Source of the DNA: Ignavibacteria bacterium
GTDB lineage: Bacteria; Bacteroidota; Ignavibacteria; Kapaibacteriales; Kapaibacteriaceae
Assembly: GCA_016873895.1 (NCBI GenBank)
Contig: VGVV01000002.1
Coordinates: 314,152-378,151 of the forward strand
Direction of reading: 5' to 3'
DNA: 64,000 nt
How positions within the stretch are numbered: the first letter of the stretch is position 1; every line of letters starts with the position of its first letter. The notes beneath the pieces were generated by a model, which saw only the letters and a list, made by a program, of their open reading frames with translations, was not told where the DNA came from and did not search any database. Below are positions 56,992 through 64,000 of this stretch, piece after piece. The position numbers were made by a program, and so were the translations under genes.

Positions 56992-58236
56992 CTATTTACT
57001 TTCTGGTAGGGGATCAATAGACTGAACTTCAACGGTGCTGATCTCGGAGTTGCGACGAACCTGAACTATATCACCTGGCTGTAAATGCCCGTGCATCGGC
57101 AAAGGCAGGCCATTCTTTTCTACCACTGCATAGCCCCTTGCCAGGGGTGCCATTGGATGCAGTGTCTGACATCGCGATCGAAGGTGCTCGGTAGCAGACT
57201 CGCGCTTCTGAATAGACACCAGCATCGACCGTGTGAACCGCGTGCGCATGTCTTCTAGACGTGTAAGCCGCATAGCAATGCGCTCCTGCAGGCGCCGCAT
57301 TGCCCTTCCGTCGGCAAATGACTCTGCCATTTCCGTCAGCTCGTGCAATGTGTCGCGTAAGCGCGCTACAATTCGATCCGTTGTAATGTCGATGCCATAG
57401 AGAATATCCGAGGCTACCGTCGGAGTTGCTAACTCCGCTGCAGCAGTTGGTGTTGCTGCTCGTAGATCTGCTACAAAGTCTGCTATCGTAACATCGGTTT
57501 CGTGTCCAACGGCCGATATCACAGGAGTGTTACAGTTGTACATCGCATCGGCAACTTCGCGGGTATTGAATGCCCAAAGATCCTCAATAGAGCCTCCGCC
57601 ACGCCCAACGATGATGAGATCAACGTTGGCAGCATCGAGCTCATGGATAGCAGAAGCAATGTCATGTGCAGCACCATCACCCTGCACTAGAGTTTGACGG
57701 AACACCACAGAGACGACTGGGAATCTACGTTCAAGGGTAGTGAGCATATCACGTATAGCCGCGCCTGTTTGCGAAGTGGCAATACCAATGCGCATGGGCA
57801 TCGTTGGCAGCGCCTTCTTTCGTGAGACATCGAAATAGCCCTGCTGGGCCAGCTCGGCCTTGAGCCGCTCGAAGGCAACATAGAGATCGCCAACACCCTC
57901 GGGTTGCATAAACGCACATTCGAGCTGGTACTTACCCTGAGCTGCGTACACGGTAACCTTACCTTGGGCTACAACGCGCATGCCATCCTCTGGGCGAAAA
58001 CTCAGGGTTCTGCTGCGCCACATTGTGCAAGAAATTTGGCTGGATGCGTCCTTTAATGTGAAGTACCTGTGCCCCGATGTATGGTGCTTAAAATTGGATA
58101 TCTCGCCCACCACGCACACGTCTCCGATTCCCGATTCAACGGCGGATTTGATCGATTGTGTAAGCTGAGATACGCTTAGCGGTTCTTCTTGCATGAAACA
58201 AAGATCGGTAATCCCGCTTAACCGTAGATTTGCCAT
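56992..58236 (-). CDS. xseA: Exodeoxyribonuclease VII large subunit
   Basis: It has an OB-fold N-terminus (GEISNFKHHTSGHRYFTLKD) and a catalytic domain. The start was placed at MANLRLSG. An alternative start MQEEPL lies at 58194. Confidence 0.8.
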   Translation of the reverse strand: MANLRLSGITDLCFMQEEPLSVSQLTQSIKSAVESGIGDVCVVGEISNFKHHTSGHRYFTLKDASSQISCTMWRSRTLSFRPEDGMRVVAQGKVTVYAAQGKYQLECAFMQPEGVGDLYVAFERLKAELAQQGYFDVSRKKALPTMPMRIGIATSQTGAAIRDMLTTLERRFPVVSVVFRQTLVQGDGAAHDIASAIHELDAANVDLIIVGRGGGSIEDLWAFNTREVADAMYNCNTPVISAVGHETDVTIADFVADLRAATPTAAAELATPTVASDILYGIDITTDRIVARLRDTLHELTEMAESFADGRAMRRLQERIAMRLTRLEDMRTRFTRSMLVSIQKRESATEHLRSRCQTLHPMAPLARGYAVVEKNGLPLPMHGHLQPGDIVQVRRNSEISTVEVQSIDPLPESK

Positions 58237-58707
58237 ATGATAGGATTTGGATTTGATGTCCACCGTCTGGCCGAAGGCCAGTCGTTGGTTCTTGCAGGCG
58301 TTGATATTCCATCGCCAGTCGGTACCGTTGCCCATAGTGACGGAGACGTTGTACTTCATGCTCTTGTTGATGCACTGCTTGGTGCTGTAGCAATGGGAGA
58401 TATCGGCGAGCACTTCCCCGATACAGATCCGCAGTGGAAGGGGGCGGCAAGCTCGCACTTTGTAGAACACACAGTTGGTCTGTTAGACTCAAACGGCTAT
58501 CGCATCATCAACGTTGATTGCACCCTCGTTTTAGAGTCTCCGAAGATTCTGCCTTATAGAAACCAGATGAGGGAAAATATTGCTCAACTGTGCGGTTTGC
58601 CAGTTGAACGTGTAGCCGTGAAGGCCACAACCAGCGAACGTCTCGGATATGTTGGCAGAAAAGAGGGCGTCCACGCATTTGTTGCCTGCGAGGTCCAGCT
58701 AAAATGA
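58237..58707 (+). CDS. ispF: 2-C-methyl-D-erythritol 2,4-cyclodiphosphate synthase
   Basis: MIGFGFDVHRL...HSDGDVVLHALVDALLGA are IspF signature motifs. Confidence 0.9.
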   Translation: MIGFGFDVHRLAEGQSLVLAGVDIPSPVGTVAHSDGDVVLHALVDALLGAVAMGDIGEHFPDTDPQWKGAASSHFVEHTVGLLDSNGYRIINVDCTLVLESPKILPYRNQMRENIAQLCGLPVERVAVKATTSERLGYVGRKEGVHAFVACEVQLK

Positions 58708-60992
58708 TTCGTGGTTTGATCGCTGCGCTCATCGTTATAATCGGTGCTGGATTCTGCAGCGCCGAGGGCGGCGATCCTTATACCTATGTGCTGACGCGAA
58801 CGTTCGATGGCATGTTGCTGCAACATCCGCGAGATACGTCCCACGCTCTTCAGATATCAGCGCCTGCCATATGGAATGCCGGTGCCGATCGGGTATCAGT
58901 GATGGCCAACGGTGCGCTGCATCCAGCAAACAACATCAGCGGCGAAATCATCGGTGTTGCATACTGGGATCAGTCGGTTGTGGTTCTACATCGCCTGAAT
59001 GGTCGAGTGGTTGTATCACTCTATGATACGGGGCTTACAAGAAAGCTTACTCCTGATGTAGATCTGCCTGAAGTGCACGACTTAGACGATGGTGCTGTCC
59101 TGTTAACTGGCATATATGCACTTCCCAACAGCGGTGTTGCATATCTGCACGCTGGGCGATTTCTCTATCGCTTAGTCTTTGATAGCAACCAACTTCGTAA
59201 AACGTTTGTAGACAGGGATGTATCAGCAGTGCAGGCTGGTTCCTATGATGGAGGATGGGAGCTCACGTATCTGCATACATCGGGATTGTCGATGTTCGTT
59301 TCTATCATTGATAGTAGAGGCAACGTCGTAAACACAACGCTGGTTCCGTATGCTTTCTACAGTAAGCTTCAGCGGCAGGGGGCGACGATTGCCGTGATCT
59401 CGGACCTGGAGAGTTCTGGAAGTAGTGTTGTGTCGGTGCTAGACCGCAAGATGTTAGCAGTGCGTACACGAACGATCTCGATTCCGTCTGAACGTCTTGA
59501 ACTTGCAACAATCGATAGTCACGTTGTGGTAGTGGCACTGACCACACGAACTGGTAGGCCCGAACTTCTTGCAGTGCCAGTATATGAGCAATATGATCAG
59601 CTGCCGAGTGGTGAACTCATCAGTGGTGACTTTGGTACACCGCTCAGACTTACTGTGCAGCAGGATACGGCCTACATGCTCTTCTCAGGGGGCATGGTAG
59701 TAATGCTGCTGGACGGTAGCGTTCTTGCTCGAGATGCCTTTACTGTATCTGGAACAGCACACCGCATGTATGCCAGAGACAATGGGCAACTTGTCGTGGC
59801 AGAAGTTGGTAGAACAACGATTCAGCTTCAGCGCAAAGAGCAACCATTTTGGTTTCTTGTTCGCGGATATGATCTTGTGCTGCGATACGTTGTGCCGATG
59901 CTGTTTATAGGTGCACTGATCTTTGTGTGGGTTTTAAATCGTCGACAGCGAAGATTGCTTGATGGCATCATCGATTCGCCAGCGATGGGCCTTGTGTTCA
60001 CCGTTGATTCTAGCGGCAAGCTACTTCGAGTGAACGAACGCGCAGCCGGACTGCTAAGGATTACGCCCAATGTGCCCATGGGCAGGCACTTCCGCGCATA
60101 TATGCAGCAAGCGGGCCTAGAGCAACTCGTGCAGCATCTCGACACGATTAAACAATCTAGGCTGGAGCCGACCAAAAAAATTGCAATCCAGAGTGGTGAT
60201 GAATACCGTGAGTACATCTTCTCCACAACGCCTCTAATAGGTCTGTTCGGCTCAGCACGGGGCGCAATTGTGACGGGCATTGATATAACCGAGACGCTCG
60301 AGCAACGCAGACTCGTGAACTGGGCACAATTGGCCCATGATATGCAGACAAACCTATCAACCATACGGCTCAATGCTGAACAACTGCCCAATGTTCCTGG
60401 CGAGCCCCCTGCAGAGCGGCGTCGAAGGATACTATTCCAGGTAGGTGTACTCATCAATCGAGTGCGTGATTTGCTAACTATTGGCCGCACCGATGAACTG
60501 ATGCGTGTAGCGGTGCATAGTGCCGAGCTTTGTACTGAAATTCGACACGAGTTTGATAATGACATGTTTCCGCATGTAACCTTCTCGATGAAGCTGCGCG
60601 GAACAATGATGAATGTAGATCGGATGAAGATATCGCGTGCTGTGCGCAATGCTGTTGAGAATGCAATGAAGGCGTTGCGTGGCGAGCCAGGAACAATTGA
60701 AATAGCAACGTGGCACGATAGTTTGCATGTGTTTATCTCCGTTAGCGATTCTGGGGTTGGCATGGATCCCGACACGATGGCAAACATGATGAAGCCATAC
60801 TTTTCAACTACGCAAGATGGAACTGGCCACGGCATTGGTACGATGATTATGCACCACGTTATGAAACTTCATGGTGGTACAATACGAGTTACCAGTGAGC
60901 CAGGCAATGGAACGCAGGTGGTATTTCGCATTCCTCATGAAATGGATCCGAAGGACGTTTTGCGTCTTGCAACTATGAAGAAGCGCGCATGA
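58704..60992 (+). CDS. Sensor histidine kinase with a large periplasmic/extracytoplasmic N-domain
   Basis: It has a signal/TM segment, a ~370-aa N-domain, a second TM, a PAS-like segment, a HisKA H-box (LAHDMQTNLSTI), and HATPase_c N/G1/G2 boxes. No response regulator is adjacent. Confidence 0.75.
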   Translation: MIRGLIAALIVIIGAGFCSAEGGDPYTYVLTRTFDGMLLQHPRDTSHALQISAPAIWNAGADRVSVMANGALHPANNISGEIIGVAYWDQSVVVLHRLNGRVVVSLYDTGLTRKLTPDVDLPEVHDLDDGAVLLTGIYALPNSGVAYLHAGRFLYRLVFDSNQLRKTFVDRDVSAVQAGSYDGGWELTYLHTSGLSMFVSIIDSRGNVVNTTLVPYAFYSKLQRQGATIAVISDLESSGSSVVSVLDRKMLAVRTRTISIPSERLELATIDSHVVVVALTTRTGRPELLAVPVYEQYDQLPSGELISGDFGTPLRLTVQQDTAYMLFSGGMVVMLLDGSVLARDAFTVSGTAHRMYARDNGQLVVAEVGRTTIQLQRKEQPFWFLVRGYDLVLRYVVPMLFIGALIFVWVLNRRQRRLLDGIIDSPAMGLVFTVDSSGKLLRVNERAAGLLRITPNVPMGRHFRAYMQQAGLEQLVQHLDTIKQSRLEPTKKIAIQSGDEYREYIFSTTPLIGLFGSARGAIVTGIDITETLEQRRLVNWAQLAHDMQTNLSTIRLNAEQLPNVPGEPPAERRRRILFQVGVLINRVRDLLTIGRTDELMRVAVHSAELCTEIRHEFDNDMFPHVTFSMKLRGTMMNVDRMKISRAVRNAVENAMKALRGEPGTIEIATWHDSLHVFISVSDSGVGMDPDTMANMMKPYFSTTQDGTGHGIGTMIMHHVMKLHGGTIRVTSEPGNGTQVVFRIPHEMDPKDVLRLATMKKRA

Positions 60993-61438
60993 ATAAGATT
61001 TCGCGGGAATTGATCCAAGGCAAGCGCCTGATGGCCCTAGATTATGGTGTTAGCAGAACAGGTGTTGCAGTCTGCGACGAAATGCACATCGTGGTTTCTC
61101 TGCGCCCGTTAATTAATACGGATGACATGGTTGTGTCGCGTGTTGTGGATCAAGCACTCAAAGAGGGAATCGGAGTGATAATTGTAGGCGTACCATTACA
61201 TCACGATGGCAGGGTTACGCCCATTATTGAGACCATACAGCATTTTGTTGCAGCACTTCGTGCATCTAGTCCTATCCCCGTGGTCACGGCAGACGAAGCA
61301 TTTTCTACCCAGGACGCCCGTGCAATGATGGTTCATTCTGGAATGAAAAAGAAGAAACGGCAAACCAAGGGTGTCAAAGATCAAGTAGCTGCTGCAGTGA
61401 TACTCAAGCGTGTTATCGACGAAGCATCAATGAGGTAG
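60989..61438 (+). CDS. ruvX: Holliday-junction resolvase-like RuvX/YqgF
   Basis: 149 aa with the RNase H-like fold and a conserved N-terminal LDYGVSRTGVAV-type motif (ALDYGVSRTGVAVCD). Confidence 0.8.
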   Translation: MNKISRELIQGKRLMALDYGVSRTGVAVCDEMHIVVSLRPLINTDDMVVSRVVDQALKEGIGVIIVGVPLHHDGRVTPIIETIQHFVAALRASSPIPVVTADEAFSTQDARAMMVHSGMKKKKRQTKGVKDQVAAAVILKRVIDEASMR

Positions 61439-61440
61439 AT

Positions 61441-62790
61441 ATGATGATCGTACGCACGGTGTTGGTGTTGATATCGTTGATCAGCGCTACAGCACTGTAC
61501 TCTCAGCAAAAGCGCAGCTCAAGTAAGAAACCACAAATGATCTATGGCGATGCATGCTATGCAGATGCAGTCGTCCTGCCGCATTCTGATAATGACAGCG
61601 CCTATGTAGACGTTCTGCTGCGATGTAATATGGCTTCACTTGTATTCTCGAAAGTGAATTCGTACACCGAAAATCGTGGCAATTATTATGCAGCATTAAA
61701 TCTCAGCATTGAGGCGCGCGATGCTATCGGCGTTGTTCGGCAGCGTGTTCGATACAGCGACACGGTTTTTATGGCGGCCTATGAAAATCTCGCAGACAGC
61801 ACATCTTATCACTATGGCTCTGTGAGACTTGCTCTAGCATCTGGCTCGTATACGATTGCAATAGATGAGTCATCGGGTTCGGCGAATATGTTTCAAAAGA
61901 TTATTCTCCCGAAAGTGAATATCCCGAAAGGAACACAAACGAACGGTGGCCAGATATCATGCACATTTGCTACAGCTATTTCCAAGGAGTATGACACTCT
62001 CGTTCCGATTGTTTTTAATGGCCAATTGCGCTTTCCCGTAGAACGTATCGCGATATTGGCAACGGTGCCGCGTCAGGAGTTTGCCACGTACGATGTCTGG
62101 ATACGCCAACAACCCTATCAGGACGATGACATACGGTGGTGGTCCGGCGTTACAATTCGCACTTCTGCTGCAGTTAGTGGCGTGCAGATCAAGCCGTTGA
62201 ACACTACTACGTATGTGGTTGACACGAGTGTCATCAACAGCAGGACATTGGTTATTCCCATTCTTGGAAATGAACTGGTTCCTGGACGTTATCTGCTTAC
62301 GATTGTTGCCGACGGTAAGCGTGACACGCTCCGGTACCCATTTACTGTGCAGTGGGAAAGCATGCCTTATGCACTTCGTTCGCTATCCTATGCGCTCGAA
62401 GTATTGGCCTATATATGTCCGGAAGAAACATTGGACAGCTTACAATCAGGTGATGATGCTTTGCAGCGAGAGAGCCTTATGGACTGGTGGCGCAAGCAGG
62501 ACCGCTCATATGGCACGGCTCACAACGAGCGCATGACAGAGTACTACCGCAGAGTAGATCGTGCATCGTATGACTACGCTACATTGAAGGAACAAGACGG
62601 TGCGTTTACAGATAGAGGCAAGGTGTACATCCTCTATGGGGCTCCTACCAAGGTCGAGCGGAAAAGTGATAAAACTGGTCAGGCTATTGAGACGTGGATC
62701 TACAATAACAGCGTCAAGACATTGTTTGTGTTTAACGCCGACAAGTCCGGTAGCTACAAGCTGATTACTGTTCAGCCATTGAAAAAGTAG
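61441..62790 (+). CDS. GWxTD-domain protein (secreted)
   Basis: It has a signal peptide. The C-terminal region has the GWxTD-family signature (WWRKQD...GAFTDRGKVYILYGAP). Confidence 0.65.
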   Translation: MMIVRTVLVLISLISATALYSQQKRSSSKKPQMIYGDACYADAVVLPHSDNDSAYVDVLLRCNMASLVFSKVNSYTENRGNYYAALNLSIEARDAIGVVRQRVRYSDTVFMAAYENLADSTSYHYGSVRLALASGSYTIAIDESSGSANMFQKIILPKVNIPKGTQTNGGQISCTFATAISKEYDTLVPIVFNGQLRFPVERIAILATVPRQEFATYDVWIRQQPYQDDDIRWWSGVTIRTSAAVSGVQIKPLNTTTYVVDTSVINSRTLVIPILGNELVPGRYLLTIVADGKRDTLRYPFTVQWESMPYALRSLSYALEVLAYICPEETLDSLQSGDDALQRESLMDWWRKQDRSYGTAHNERMTEYYRRVDRASYDYATLKEQDGAFTDRGKVYILYGAPTKVERKSDKTGQAIETWIYNNSVKTLFVFNADKSGSYKLITVQPLKK

Positions 62791-63195
62791 TTAGCGTGGT
62801 TCCCATCCCTCGCCTTCGCACGGCGGAGTATCTGCATGCACAACATGCGCATCTAAAAGTGAGCACAGCTGATTTGTAGGATTGAAATGACGGCAAGCGC
62901 CACACAGCGAACCGTCTTCGATCTGCGCAACAGACTCGTTAAAGCGCTGATATTGAAGCCATGCAGGGTATATACCGATACCCCATATGCTTATCATGGC
63001 GAACCACCATGTAACATTAGTGCTGGCATACTTGCTAAGAACCATCGAAGCTAGACCTAGGAGTACTACCCGAATCATAGCAGCTGAAACAATAGAGCCG
63101 GTCGTATAATACGGACGGTCCTTTGTATCAGACGGGGGATTCATTCGCAGAAGTAAAAGGTCTACAAAACGATCGTCGCGATCACTCGATGGCAT
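62791..63195 (-). CDS. Hypothetical membrane protein with a C-terminal Cys cluster
   Basis: Two TM helices with CGACRHF...C...C. The start was chosen at MPSSDRDD so that it abuts the upstream GT2 gene. Confidence 0.35.
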   Translation of the reverse strand: MPSSDRDDRFVDLLLLRMNPPSDTKDRPYYTTGSIVSAAMIRVVLLGLASMVLSKYASTNVTWWFAMISIWGIGIYPAWLQYQRFNESVAQIEDGSLCGACRHFNPTNQLCSLLDAHVVHADTPPCEGEGWEPR

Positions 63196-63197
63196 AC

Positions 63198-64000
63198 TTA
63201 TGTTTCCCTTCTGGCATATGCTCGCCCCTTCCATTGTGATCCATTCCGCGAGTAGGCCCAGCGTATTGAGTTAATGCAGATTGCTATGCACCAGAGCGCT
63301 GTAACCGGCTGAATCGCTGCGTGCCATGATGGCATCGAAAAGCGCTTTGCAACGGTGTATCTCATGGACAACGTTGCTAGAATAACAAACAACAACATTG
63401 CTGCATCCAAGGGTCTGCCCTCTACAATTGAGTATACCAACATTGCCGGCGGCATCACATATAGTGCGAGCTGCAAAACAATAAACCCAATCATGAGCAG
63501 TGGATTATACTTCATCGCTGCGAAGAGATTCTTAGAGAAGCCTTTTGTTACCTCCTCTGCAGAGGTGTACATATGGCAGTCTACGGCATCAGTTCCATCA
63601 ACGAGTGCAAACGCAATGCCGTCATGCGCTGCGGCTTTGGCCAGGAAGACGTCTTCGACGAGAGAATATCGTACGCGCTGGTGTCCGCCTATAGCAGAGT
63701 AGCCCCTTGCAGTGAAAGCAATAAACTGCCCGATAGCCGCCGAAGGCGTGGTGTTGTGCTTTCCAATGCGTCTAATGTTGAGCATTGTGGCAAAGAATAT
63801 CATGTGTACGATTGGAATAACAGCATGTTCGGCAAATGACTTCATTGTCTGAAGCGGAATGAGTGAGAGCATGTCTAGGTTATTGTCTTTCATCGAGGCT
63901 ACAGCCCTTGCCAGCGTATCGGGCTGGTGCACGGTGTCGGCATCGGTAAAGACAAGCACATCTCCTGTTGCATGCAGCGAGAGATTGTGGCAGGCCCATG
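63198..64000 (-). CDS. Family-2 glycosyltransferase (partial; the 5' end lies beyond the window)
   Basis: The DxD region reads GDVLVFTDADT. The reading frame is open to the window edge. Confidence 0.6.
   Translation of the reverse strand, partial: WACHNLSLHATGDVLVFTDADTVHQPDTLARAVASMKDNNLDMLSLIPLQTMKSFAEHAVIPIVHMIFFATMLNIRRIGKHNTTPSAAIGQFIAFTARGYSAIGGHQRVRYSLVEDVFLAKAAAHDGIAFALVDGTDAVDCHMYTSAEEVTKGFSKNLFAAMKYNPLLMIGFIVLQLALYVMPPAMLVYSIVEGRPLDAAMLLFVILATLSMRYTVAKRFSMPSWHAAIQPVTALWCIAICINSIRWAYSRNGSQWKGRAYARRET

Overview
This is a chromosomal segment of about 50% GC that most likely comes from an FCB-group bacterium (Bacteroidota, Chlorobiota, Ignavibacteriota or Rhodothermota-like). The supporting signatures are T9SS C-terminal sorting domains, a GWxTD protein, a fused LpxC/FabZ, tandem Skp/OmpH genes, a bTHX-like small basic protein and SPOR/TPR proteins. 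The window is mostly housekeeping. It carries icd, two tRNAs (Arg-CCT and initiator Met), ybeY, RNase R, an RND efflux operon, pheT, zapA, rny, uppS-bamA-skp-skp-lpxD-lpxC/fabZ-lpxA, ychF, queG, trxB, plsY-gpsA, xseAB, ispF, ruvX and a sensor kinase. No CRISPR array, integrase or transposase was seen.

The most unusual content is the following:
1. A translationally coupled gene pair in which both enzymes carry cyclic-nucleotide-binding (CAP-type) domains: a CoA-acylating aldehyde dehydrogenase (AdhE N-terminal-like) and a type-II NADH dehydrogenase. This looks like a putative cNMP-gated redox-balancing module (26044-29498).
2. A duplicated cell-surface cassette at 2.3-8.0 kb made of a large repeat protein, a T9SS-sorted protein and a His-rich outer-membrane beta-barrel. 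One copy is decaying through a -1 frameshift in an A6 tract that splits the signal peptide from the mature domain, a frame switch at about 2965 and an in-frame TGA in the barrel paralog.
3. A stand-alone ClpB fragment containing only the D2 module.
4. An unannotated 31-aa bTHX-like ORF.
5. An octamer (GGTACRAG) tandem repeat next to tRNA-fMet.
6. A long structured leader between zapA and rny.

Coordinates for RNA genes and other non-ORF features were read by eye and may be off by 1-2 nt.
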